Shown: piece by piece, positions 13,714-25,304 of the stretch
How positions within the stretch are numbered: the stretch's first letter is position 1
How the letters are laid out: the number at the start of each line of letters is the position of its first letter
Source of the DNA: Eledone cirrhosa
Lineage: Eukaryota
Length of the DNA stretch: 64,000 nt
Direction: 5' to 3'
NCBI GenBank assembly: GCA_964016885.1
Contig: OZ024742.1
Location: 290,780,001 to 290,844,000 of the forward strand
Made by a program: the position numbers and the translations under genes
Notes under the pieces: model-generated
The model's input: the letters and a program-made list of their open reading frames with translations, nothing else
What the model was told of the DNA's origin: nothing
Databases searched by the model: none

Positions 13714-13967
13714 TGTGGTTAGAAAAAGCTATCTCACTTACCGCTTTTCATAGGTGCCGCTAAATCCCACTGCTGGTTTCTCCTCTTCCACGTGCGTCCA
13801 ACTCCTTAACACCGGGAGCTGCCAAAACTCGCGTCCACACCGTTGCTGGTCACCACTAGAGAGAGACCCATCTGCTGGCCCTTCTGGTCGAGCATCATTC
13901 CGGCGAAGCACCCTTCCGATCGAGCACTCCCCTGCTTCCGGCCACCGGACGCCACACCATACCCACA
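13714..13967 (-). repeat. 5' LTR (254 bp); the 3' LTR survives only as 24 bp at 10220-10243
   Basis: Starts TGTGGG and ends CTAACCACA on the - strand; the last 24 nt recur at 10220-10243 with one mismatch. Confidence 0.8.
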
Positions 13968-14029
13968 TCCGATTCACAGAGTTTCCACACTTTGATGCCC
14001 ATTTGGTGGGTTTAGCTGGCATATATTGT

Positions 14030-14372
14030 GGCAGATGGCTTAGTGGTTAGAGCATTAGCCTTGCAATCGAAAGGTTGTGAGTTCAATTCTCAGACTGAGT
14101 GATGTGTTGTTTCCTTGAGTAAGACACTTTATTTCACATTGCTCCAGTTTACTCAGCTGTAGAAATGAGATGATAGGGACTGGGGTCCCTATCATTCTAC
14201 TGTAAAGTGGACGTGTAGGTGCCACGGAAAAAAAAAAGCACCCAGCACTCACTGTAAATGAGGTTAGTGTTAGGAAGGCCATCCAGCTGTAGAAATCAAG
14301 CCAGAATCAGTTCCCGTCCCACCCTTGCAAGCAGGGAAAAAGCGGACGTATAATGAAATGATGATGATGATG
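14030..14372 (+). mobile_element. tRNA-derived SINE family B with RTE-like (ATG)n tail
   Basis: A box tggcttagtgg, B box gagttcaattc, tail ggacgtataatgaaatgatgatg; 7-bp TSD ATATTGT at 14023-14029 and 14373-14379. Confidence 0.9.
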
Positions 14373-16072
14373 ATATTGTCTGAAATGTACTCTACCCTTA
14401 TACCCAATCATAGCTTCATCAACACTAAGATTTTTCCCAGGTATATATACTGTTTTAAATTTTTCACATAGTATTTTAATTAATGGTTGAACTTTATAAA
14501 GAGGGTCATAATTCAATTCATTTCTATCGGGGACATTTGAAGTATCAACCAGATGCAAATACTGGTTTAATTTTAAATACCTTGTTTTTGCCATAATACT
14601 TGATATATAAGGGTCACTAAACCTTATATCAGTGCTCCAGTAATTCCATAGTCTTGGAAATTGTTTTATACCAAACATAATATTTATGGTAAAAAACGCT
14701 TGCATCTCCGCAGCATCTGTCAGTCGCCATAACAGATCGGGTTTTCTTCGATTTGAAATTTGTTGTTGGGCATATCAATTAGTTTCTTTTGCCACAACTT
14801 TGAAGAAAGTTTGTGGCAAAAACAAAAAGAAATAATCCAGTGCTTTAGCATCAAGAGGTAATGTGTGTTGTGGACCAGTATTTTCAATAAAATCGGGAAC
14901 ATGTATAGGTGTGGTATTTGTCGACCACGTTGCTGTAATATCTTCAATGGCGTCCTGGAGATCTCCTTTGTTTTCACTTTCAAAACAACAATCATCGTCG
15001 GATGAAATTTCAGAAATGTAAACATCTGATTGATTTGAGGATAAATCACTAATATTATCTTTTGTTTCATCGTGTGTAAAACCTTCAAAGTCGGTATCGC
15101 TACTTTCACAAGCCATGTTGATACACACAAAAAAAATCTGTTCTACTTTCAACGTTAAAAAAACACGTGTTGTTTCAAGTTGTTTCACTATGTTAAGTGT
15201 TAATTTTTGCAATAATTGCCTAATCTTGCAGTAATCTCGAATTGACGAGATTTTGATGACGTATTGTTTATTTTTAGAACAATATTTTAGTGTGGGTATT
15301 ATTGGCCGTTTGGGGCCGGATTGAACAAATGAAGAAGAAATAATTGCGGCCGGTTTGGACTGGTTTGAACACTAAAGGGTTAATAATCTCTTCTTTTTAC
15401 TCCTTTTGTCCTTAATATCTGCTTTGTGTGTATTGTGGAAGGAGATAACAGTGAATGATATGTTTCTAGGTCATGTGATTAGAAGCTATATCAGACTATT
15501 GGTGATGGTCAATGTGACATTCTTGAAGGGATTTCTTCATAGAATCCTTGTATCTTTCTTAATGTAATTACATTAATGACACCAGTCTTCCAATACTCTA
15601 TATATGAGTCTAATAATACTAACATAATTATTACCTCCTCCTACTCCTTCTCATCATCATCATCATTTAACATCTATTTTCCCTGCTTAGGTTGGATGGG
15701 TTGTCACAGACTAAGTATGTACTTAATTGATGCCATTAACCTTTCAGACAAGTTGGGAAACTAAATCTTGCTTACATACATTCCCGCATTGGGTGTCTTA
15801 TTTTGGGACAGCAATAAAGAGGTTGCATGTCTTTGACATGACTAATAAATCCTCTTGACCCTTTGTTTAGTAATTTCTTTTTTTCAGCTTGATACCCTTT
15901 CTTTCACCAACTAGTTCACAGAATATACCGTATGCATTTTATCATGCCACTAATACTACAGAGATTGATCTGTCATTGACACAACTGACGAGTCCTTTTG
16001 ACACATAACAACAATATGTAATTATTTTCAGTGTCCAAATTTCTTAGCTGTTACCCTAATTTACTCTTGTAG

Positions 16073-16300
16073 GTTGATGTTATTGTTAACAGCACCAATA
16101 AAGAACTCAATCTTAATTCTGGTGGTATCTCCAAATTTATTTTGCAAACTGCTGGTCCACAGATACAAGAAGAGTGCAATGCAAATTATCCTCAAGGTAT
16201 TTCTACATCTACAATAGCCGTCACAAAGGGCTATAACCTGAAATGTGAATATGTATTTCATGTCTGTTTACCTGAATGGCATAAAGATAAATCTGATGAA
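16073..16300 (+). CDS. PARP-like exon D: macro domain N-half
   Basis: ctcttgtag|GTTGAT...GATGAA|gtaagt; 76 codons VDVIVNSTNKELNLNSGGISKFILQTAGPQIQEEC...TKGYNLKCEYVFHV (not in the ORF track). Confidence 0.92.
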
Positions 16301-17674
16301 GTAAGTATCAATTAAATACCATATCATCACCATCATCAACGTCTCCACCACCACCACAACCCCCACCACCACAACCCCCACCACCACCACCATTGACATT
16401 ATTGCCATCATTATTTTCCATTCATTTGGGCGGTGGATTAGCAGTATCGGTAGAGAGTCGGACGCCATGCTTTCCAGCATAGTTACGTCCCTTTACGGTC
16501 TGAGTTCAAATCCCGCCGATGTTACCTTTGTCTTTCATCCTATGGGGTCGATAAAATAAAGTACCAGTAATGTATTGGGTAATTTACTGGTCTTGTGCCA
16601 AAAGTAGAAACAGTTATTTTCCATTCACTTTCTATGTTGACATAGGTTGGACAGATTGTCAGGGTTTGAGCTTTAAGAATCTCTTCAACAAACATAACAC
16701 TAGATGACTGGTTACCAAAGTAAGTTTTCTAGGTTGTCTCCATTGATTTTTTTAGAAAACCAGAATTAGTCCTTTAGTTTACATATTGAGACACCAAACC
16801 ATCGTATTCATTCTATAATGTATGGGATTTCTAGTAATGAATTTTTTCTTGCCATGTATAATGTTTTTTAATGTCTAAAGAAAATTAATTGTCGCAGGAA
16901 TGCTACCACTTAAAATAAAATTTCACCAGGGATAGATTATGAAAATTTAATAAGCAGGGGATTGGAAAAAATCTGAAAAATTAATAAGTGGTGGGGATTG
17001 ATTATTTGAGACACCTGAGAATATATGAATTAAATGTATACAAACTACAAGACAGATGAACACGTAATCATAAATTTGCATCACACCAAACCATAAATTA
17101 ACAGTTACAATGTTCTAAAATGAATAAACTCCTTATTAACAGTATACAAACCTAGAAATGAATAACACGATTTATTCATTTGGTTACAAAAATGAAAGTT
17201 ATAAACTTCATGAAAGCAACTGTTACATTGGCCATTAATGTATAACACACACATGAATGCTCACCATGCATTTACAAGAAGGAGAAATAGCAGCACACTA
17301 CACCACACACCATAAAATAAAGCTGGATAGGAGAACATTAATGAGAATACATCTGTATTATAGAGGATTCTAAACAAAAAAAAAAACATTTAATCATGGA
17401 AGAGATCAGTATACATCATCATCATCATCATCATCATTTAAAGTCTATTTTCCCGGTCAAATGCTAATGAGACAAACAACATGCACATGTCATAAACATG
17501 AGACTTATCAGGTAGAAGTCTAATGGTCAAACTTTAAGATTCATGTTCTGGTAAGAAAGCCATAGAATGCTGGAAAAGTAGGAACTGCATAAAATTTCAT
17601 AAAGTATATTTGCCTACTTAAAAGAGGCAGTAAAAGTAAACCAGCAACATTCCTCATAATGAGACTGTATATAA

Positions 17675-18777
17675 TCATCATCATCACTTTATATCTAATT
17701 TTCCACGCTGGGTCAGATGGGTCCTTTTCAGCACAGCCACTTTCTACTTGCTGCAATCTTTTATTGTCTCTACTATGAGTTTCAGTGATTTGAGATCAGC
17801 TCTTATGACTTCTGCTCAGGTCTTCCTTGGTTTACCTCTACTGTGGCTTCCTTCCACTGGGATTTCTTGGCACTTCTTCACCTAGCAATCATCATCTATT
17901 CACATCACATGTCTATACAAGCTCAGTCTTCTCTTCTGACTATATCTGTTTCCTCTTATACCTAGTTTCTATCTCAGTTCATACATGCTTAGTTTCTCAT
18001 GCATATTAATATTGCACGTCCATGAAAGCATGATTACTTCATTACTTCACATACCCTCTTCAGTAACTGCTCAAGTTTCACGACCAGGCAAGATTTTCAG
18101 ATAGCATACAGGCATCATACACCTGACCTTTCATTCATAGAGAGAAACAACTTCTTGTCAACAGGGGTAGTAACTCTCTAAACTTCTTCCATCCTGTTCT
18201 TATTCTAGTTACTATGCTCCTTGAACACCCACCTCCTCTGCTAATTTTGTCACCTAGATAGCAGTAGCTATTAACCACCTCTACATATCCTACATAAAAT
18301 TGAAAAAGGTGTATATCTTTGGTTCTTGCTACGTTTACTCACAGCTCTTTTGTTTCTAAGTTCTGTTTCCACAGACTAAAATTGTCCTCTAGTTCTTTTG
18401 TGGATTCAGCTATAAGAACCAGATCATTGGTATACAGAAATTCCCACGGGCAATCCATTTTAAACTCCTTTGTTATGGCCTGAAGGACAGAAGTTGGCTG
18501 AGATCTGAGTTCTGATGTACTCCAACCTGTACTTTAAATTCCTTGCTAAACTTACTTCCTACTCGCACTTTATTAACAGCTCCTCTGTACATCACTTGCA
18601 ATGCTCTCACAAGCCATTCTTCTACACCTATTTTCCTTAAGGGCCACCAGATGATAAATTGTGGTATTCTGCCAAAAGCTTTCTTCAGCTCAACAAAAGC
18701 TAGATGTAGAGGCTTACTCTTAGCTAAGAACTTCTCTTGTAGTTGTCTCATCTGTAGTACTCCTCCCTGGCACACAA
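17675..18777 (-). mobile_element. RTE LINE RT and 3' fragment
   Basis: VPGRSTTD, RQLQEKFLAKSKPLHLAFVELKKAF, VGVHQ, CPWEFLY, YLGD; (ATG)n tail at 17675. Confidence 0.85.
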
Positions 18778-20911
18778 CATTGTTGGTTACTGCCTTGTTG
18801 GGACTTGCTGTACTGTTGGTTACTGCCTTGTTGGTTACTACCTTGTTGGGACTTGCTGTACTGTTGGTTACTACCTTGTTGGGACTTGCTGTACTGTTGG
18901 TTACTGCCTTGTTGGAACTTGCTGTACTGTTGGTTACTGCCTTGTTGGTACTTGCTGTATTGTTGGTTACTGCCTTGTTGGTTACTACCTTGTTGGGACT
19001 TGCTGTACTGTTGGTTACTGCCTTGTTGGTTACTACCTTGTTGGGACTTGCTGTACTGTTGGTTACTGCCTTGTTGGGACTTGCTGTACTGTTGGTTACT
19101 GCCTTGTTGGAACTTGCTGTACTGTTGGTTACTGCCTTGTTGGTACTTGCTGTATTGTTGGTTACTGCCTTGTTGGAACTTGCTGTACTGTTGGTTACTG
19201 CCTTGTTGGTTACTGCCTTGTTGGGACTTGCTGTACTGTTGGTTGCCTTGTTGGGACTTGCTGTACTGTTGGTTACTGCCTTGTTGGGACTTGCTGTACT
19301 GTTGGTTACTGCCTTGTTGGGACTTGCTGTACTGTTGGTTACTGCCTTGTTGGGACTTGCTGTACTGTTGGTTACTGCCTTGTTGGAACTTGCTGTACTG
19401 TTGGTTACTGCCTTGTTGGGACTTGCTGTACTGTTGGTTACTGCCTTGTTGGGACTTGCTGTACTGTTGGTTACTGCCTTGTTGGGACTTGCTGTACTGT
19501 TGGTTACTGCCTTGTTGGTTACTGCCTTGTTGGAACTTGCTGTACTGTTGGTTACTGCCTTGTTGGTACTTGCTGTATTGTTGGTTACTGCCTTGTTGGA
19601 ACTTGCTGTATTGTTGGTTACTGCCTTGTTGGGACTTGCTGTACTGTTGGTTACTGCCTTGTTGGTACTTGCTGTATTGTTGGTTACTGCCTTGTTGGGA
19701 CTTGCTGTACTGTTGGTTACTGCCTTGTTGGGACTTGCTGTACTGTTGGTTACTGCCTTGTTGGGACTTACTGTACTGTTGGTTACTGCCTTGTTGGGAC
19801 TTGCTGTACTGTTGGTTACTGCCTTGTTGGGACTTGCTGTACTGTTGGTTACTGCCTTGTTGGGACTTGCTGTACTGTTGGTTACTGCCTTGTTGGAACT
19901 TGCTGTACTGTTGGTTACTGCCTTGTTGGGACTTGCTGTACTGTTGGTTACTGCCTTGTTGGTTACTGCCTTGTTGGAACTTGCTGTACTGTTGGTTACT
20001 GCCTTGTTGGAACTTGCTGTACTGTTGGTTACTGCCTTGTTGGAACTTGCTGTACTGTTGGTTACTGCCTTGTTGGAACTTGCTGTACTGTTGGTTACTG
20101 CCTTGTTGGAACTTGCTGTACTGTTGGTTACTGCCTTGTTGGGACTTGCTGTACTGTTGGTTACTGCCTTGTTGGGACTTGCTGTACTGTTGGTTACTGC
20201 CTTGTTGGTTACTGCCTTGTTGGAACTTGCTGTACTGTTGGTTACTGCCTTGTTGGAACTTGCTGTACTGTTGCTTACTGCCTTGTTGGTTACTGCCTTG
20301 TTGGAACTTGCTGTACTGTTGGTTACTGCCTTGTTGGAACTTGCTGTACTGTTGGTTACTGCCTTGTTGGAACTTGCTGTACTGTTGGTTACTGCCTTGT
20401 TGGGACTTGCTGTACTGTTGGTTACTGCCTTGTTGGGACTTGCTGTACTGTTGGTTACTGCCTTGTTGGGACTTGCTGTACTGTTGGTTACTGCCTTGTT
20501 GGGACTTGCTGTACTGTTGGTTACTGCCTTGTTGGGACTTGCTGTACTGTTGGTTACTGCCTTGTTGGGACTTGCTGTACTGTTGGTTACTGCCTTGTTG
20601 GGACTTGCTGTACTGTTGGTTACTGCCTTGTTGGGACTTGCTGTACTGTTGGTTACTGCCTTGTTGGTTACTGCCTTGTTGGAACTTGCTGTACTGTTGG
20701 TTACTGCCTTGTTGGAACTTGCTGTACTGTTGGTTACTGCCTTGTTGGGACTTGCTGTACTGTTGGTTACTGCCTTGTTGGAACTTGCTGTACTGTTGGT
20801 TACTGCCTTGTTGGTTACTGCCTTGTTGGGACTTGCTGTACTGTTGGTTACTGCCTTGTTGGGACTTGCTGTACTGTTGGTTACTGCCTTGTTGGTTACT
20901 ACCTTGTTGGG
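18778..20911. repeat. 33-bp minisatellite (15+18 nt subunits), about 2.1 kb
   Basis: Unit tgttggttactgccttgttgggacttgctgtac with gga/gaa/gta variants and extra 15-mers. Confidence 0.97.
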
Positions 20912-21675
20912 AGTAACTTCCAAAAAACATGTCATAGTAAGATGTTAATTGCCAATTAACTCTAAAGGCCTTGTACTGCATGAAACTACATTGAACATTT
21001 TTGAAATGTACAAAACAGCACTACAAGTGCAGAAAATAAAAAAAAGTATTTTACTACAATACTGCGAATGTTCATAATTATCATCATTATCATCATTGTT
21101 TAACGTCCATCTTCTATACTAGCATGGGTAGGACGGGCTGTCCCTTTGTGAGAGATCAGGTTGGAGGACTGTGATTTGCTGACACAGAACTGATTTTGAC
21201 TTCATTTCTACGGTTGGATACCCTTCCTAATGCCAACCACATTTACAGTGTGTGCTGGGTGCTTTTTGTTGTGACATCTATACGACCTCTTTATAGTGAG
21301 GACTGAGTGCTTTTGTCGTGACACCTACATGACCACTATATAGCTCTTTCACAATGTATCCAGCAATAAAGATACTATAAGTATGTGAATTAACAAACTT
21401 GTTTTTAGATATTTTCTGCTAAATCATTACAGGATGGCAAGAGTTAACATAACATCCTGTACCACATGAAAGCACATTAGCAAGACACTCTTGAAAAGCA
21501 CAAATCTGTGCTATGACCACATCACATTAAAAATTTAAATCTTCACTCTTTGTCACAGCAATCTGTTCACTAGTAAAGATACTATAAACAATTGAATTAA
21601 CAAATTTATTTTTAGATATTTTCTGCTAAATAATTTCAGGATGTTAAAAGTTAATGAACCATAATTTGATTTTAG

Positions 21676-21903
21676 ATTTTGATGAGCTTAAACAATATAA
21701 TACTCACTTGTCTACAAACTGCTGAGGAAAGGGGAGCCAAAAGCATTTCATTCCCTATATTAGGGGCAGGAATCTTGAAATACCCTCTTCGTGAACTACC
21801 TTCAACCATGTATGATGCCGTGAAAACATACTCACATAGTAATACAAGGCAGATTGATGTTGTCAACTTTGTTATTTTACCTACAGATTTAAACTTAATA
21901 GAG
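21676..21903 (+). CDS. PARP-like exon E: macro domain C-half
   Basis: tttag|ATTTTG...ATAGAG|gttggt; CLQTAEERGAKSISFPILGAGILKYP...VNFVI. Confidence 0.92.
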
Positions 21904-22699
21904 GTTGGTTGATTTATTTTGTTTTTATTGTATTTTTGATTCTCTTGATATTCTTAATTCTTTTTCTTGTTATAATATGTTGTAACCATAGTTACTATTA
22001 TTAGATTGCAGTCATGGTTATAGAAATTAGACTATGCCCATGTTTACAGTTATTAAATTGTAGCCATGGTTAGTTATTAAACTAGTTATGTTTACAGTTT
22101 TTGAATTGGCCATTGTTACAATCATTAGACTGCTGCCATGCTTGGGCACCACCTTAAACAGATTTAGGACTTATCTATGTTGCTCAAGGGTTGGATGAAT
22201 CAGTACAGTCTAAAACTAGACCACATTTTGACTAATAAATTCCATGGCTAGATACACTTCTTAATGTCACCCACCTTATAGAGTGTATTGGGTGCATTTT
22301 ATTATGGCACCATCATTTTATATATTTACATATATTTCTTGGTAGAGGTATTCTGATAGAGAATGACTCACACGTGGCAGATAGTGATATAACCACTAGA
22401 TATGATGGTTAGTTGAGGCATAAGTGGGTTTCTGTTGAATGAATAAGCAACACCGGATCAAACAGTATTAAGCTACAAGGGAAGATGGAATAAAGGGTGA
22501 CACTGTTAGCTTTCAAATAAACTCTTACAAGTTAGCAATGTACATATGATGAAGCAAGTAAAGGGTGCCTCTAAACAAGTCTAGTCTTTGTGGGTCTGAG
22601 AAAATTACCAAATTGGTGACAGGTGCAAATAATATCACCAAAAAGTGCACCACGCCAAGCTTCTTTCACCCACAGCATTTAAAAGCTGAAGCAGAAACT

Positions 22700-23690
22700 G
22701 CTCAGCTGAACAAGTTCTACATTGTTTCAGTGTCCTCAGTTTTCTCAGGGAGTTCTCTGAATTTGGATACAATAGTGTCTGCATACCTGGTCCTGACTTT
22801 CTTATCCACCAACGTTTCCCACTTTATCTTGTTGGTCACCCTGGACTTGCCAGTTTTGTGGGCTTATTTGGCTTTAGGTAGTCTCAAGCTGTAGATAAAT
22901 AGATGATGGCCAGTTGACAGCTCAGCCCCTCTCTTAACACAAATATCCAGTACTGAATCGAAGAGATCAGACGCAATAACAAAATCAATTATTGATCTCT
23001 GTCCCTGATTCCCCTTATACCATGTATATTTATGGATGTTTCTGTGCTGGAAGAAGGTGTTTATAATAGAGAGTCCATTGCTAAAACAGAAGTCTAATAA
23101 GGCCTCTCCATTCATATATAGGTTGGGATTACCGATCCTTCCAATCATTCCTTTCCATGTCAGGTGGTCTGTGCTAACATGTGCATTGAAGTCTCCCATT
23201 AGGATATATGACTCAGTCTTAACTAGATCTTACGCTGCAGTGACTTCATCAAGGAAGGATCTGTATTTGGACTCTTTGTTCAGTGAATAAACTTGCACCA
23301 CCCACAAAACCCTATCTTTCAGCCTAAGCTTCAAGAGGCAAATCCTCCCACCTAATGATGTCCAGTCTATAACACATTCTGACAGTCGGGGGGCTGTGAG
23401 TATCCCCACTGCTGCCTGTGCAGTCATTTCTGGTGTCATATCTGAATAGTGAAGTTTCCATTCTCTATCCAAATCTTCAGTACCAGATCCACCGAACTTG
23501 TTGAGGAAACCCAAACTATATATAGCTGGAAGCATCTAAACCCCTCCTCTAGTTCCTGCTCCTTACCTGTAAGGATTGTGATGCTCCAGGTTCCAGTTGT
23601 CAAGGTTTGTTCCGTTCCAAACCATCTTTGGTGACTCGAGATATGCAATTGCTATGCGTCTATCCCATGCCTCCCAGGACAGGCTGTAAG
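22700..23690 (-). mobile_element. RTE-clade (Expander-like) LINE endonuclease fragment
   Basis: TWSITILTGKEQEL, MGDFNAHV, LSIINTFFQH, RSIIDFVI, VKRGAELSTGHHL. Confidence 0.85.
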
Positions 23691-25060
23691 CTCATTACCA
23701 GTTTTTACAGCATGAAATAGAGACTGCAATATATTTTTTGAACAGGTCCCTCTACTTAAGGCCTGAATGTGTCCCTTATTAATTCATGTGAAGGATAATA
23801 TTGCAGTTTTGGTGGTTTTATTCCTGCCAGTCACCAATCTGGTACTTTCTCAGACCCATGAAGACTAGGCATTTTTAGAGGTGACATTTTTATAGCTACT
23901 TCACTGGGTTGTGAAAGATTTCTTGGGAACTAAAGGTATCACCCATTACTTCATCTCCCTTAGTAATTCACCACTGTTGGTCCAGGGGTTGTTTACTTGT
24001 CCAGCAGGTGCTCACTTATATCATAACTAACTAATATTACTGTTGGCCGTATCGCTATTCCCCACCTATGACCTGTTCTCTAGCAGAACAGCTCTGCCAA
24101 AAAGTATAAGAGTAACAAATAAAAACCAAGAGAAATATTAATTTAAAACAATATTCATGGTTGAGTTAGAGCTAGTCTTTTAAATCTGTTTTTCCCTGTT
24201 TTGCATGGTTTGGACAGAGCCTGGAGCTTATCCCAGTTACTTGGGCATTAAACTAAGGGTACTTATGTTTAGCTAAATCAACTGGAACAGCATGAAATGA
24301 AGTGCCTTGCTGGTCTGAACATTGAACCCAAGGTCTTTACATTCACAATAGAAATAATACATAATTAAAACATTTTATTGTAATTTATTGATAAATATAA
24401 CAATTAATTTGAAATGTAGTCATCCCAATGCATGTGACTCTAATAATAGCTGACCACTGTAGATAATAGTTTAAAAAATTAGGTACAATACCCCTGGAGA
24501 TGGAAAAAAGTGGACAGCGGTGCTTGCGAGGAATTAAACCCTAAACCAGGCAAGTGTATTATTCACTGTTATACCAATATGTCTCTGACCACTGACTGCT
24601 GTCTTTTAGAAGCATTTAACCCTTTACTATTTACATTATTCTATATATACTATTGTATTTTCATGGTAAAGGCTTTACCTCACATAATTATCTCTCATAA
24701 TATCGAATCTAAGAGATTTTGATATTATTTATGTTGAGAACAATACCTTAACATCAGTATGATCAACTGGTTACAATTGGCTTGAACTGAAAGATATGAG
24801 AGAATTTTGGCCAGATATGGCTGGTTTAAATGCTAAAGGGTTAAACCTGTATCTAGAAGTGGTTGACTTGAAACATTGGGAACATTTTAAATATGAAATA
24901 TTGTTCTATTTATAGTGATCAACTACTATTTTAATCATCTGCATTGGGACAACTACATTTTAAATTTCAAACTTTGCCAATGTATCTTAAGTCAACCAGA
25001 AGATAACAATTAATGTTTCCATGGAATTATAACATGAAAGTCTTTGGTTATTTCTAACAG

Positions 25061-25109
25061 GTATTTCAAGAATATTTCCAAGAAATACAGACAACTGAAA
25101 CATCATCAG
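25061..25109 (+). CDS. PARP-like exon F: 49-nt exon closing the macro domain
   Basis: tttctaacag|GTATTT...TCATCAG|gtaaac; VFQEYFQEIQTTETSS; phase 0 in, phase 1 out, bridging exons E and G. Confidence 0.7.
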
Positions 25110-25304
25110 GTAAACACACAATATTTTATTCACAGATGTATAAATAACATTAAAAATTGTTCACAATTCTTTCAGAATGAAAATATAACAAATATAATAA
25201 ATACAATTAACTATTGCTAGGAACCTCACAATGCACCAAAATATATGGTGAAAGCAAGAGAAAGAGGGGGGAAAAAGTAAAGAAAAGAGGGTGGGATATC
25301 TCTG

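Larger units (their letters stand above)
10220..13967 (-). mobile_element. LTR retrotransposon (gag-PR-RT-RH-IN, Gypsy domain order) inserted in the piggyBac transposase
   Basis: TG...CA ends; 5-bp TSD TCCGA at 10215-10219 and 13968-13972; removing it restores CES-DTGY. Confidence 0.92.
9330..15116 (-). pseudogene. piggyBac (PGBD4-like) transposase, interrupted
   Basis: LSVDEAMIGYKGR...QY|MPAKPTKWG..KVW..CES|DTGY, DRFF, YNKCMGGVDKSDQ, KKWW and a Cys-rich C-terminus; several frameshifts. Confidence 0.92.
8745..15379 (-). mobile_element. piggyBac DNA transposon, full length, with nested insertions
   Basis: TTAA at 8741-8744 and 15380-15383; TIR CCCTTTAGCATTCA vs TGAACACTAAAGGG (12/14 match). 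Confidence 0.9.

Noticed and set aside
14030-14100. tRNA genes at SINE heads (also 41372, 1416 and others)
   Set aside because: A/B boxes are present but no cloverleaf or acceptor stem; followed by SINE body and tail
16032-16072. Upstream AG at 16030-16031 as the exon D acceptor
   Set aside because: It would add 41 nt and break the frame; the AG at 16071-16072 gives the correct phase
18543-20948. 801-aa Leu-rich and 703-aa Cys/Trp-rich ORFs as real genes
   Set aside because: By-products of a stop-free 33-bp unit that is open in several frames; no splice or promoter support
24826-24844. piggyBac-like end (atgctaaagggttaa); similar TTAACCC ends at 5330, 35306 and 41955
   Set aside because: No matching opposite end or internal sequence could be delimited by eye
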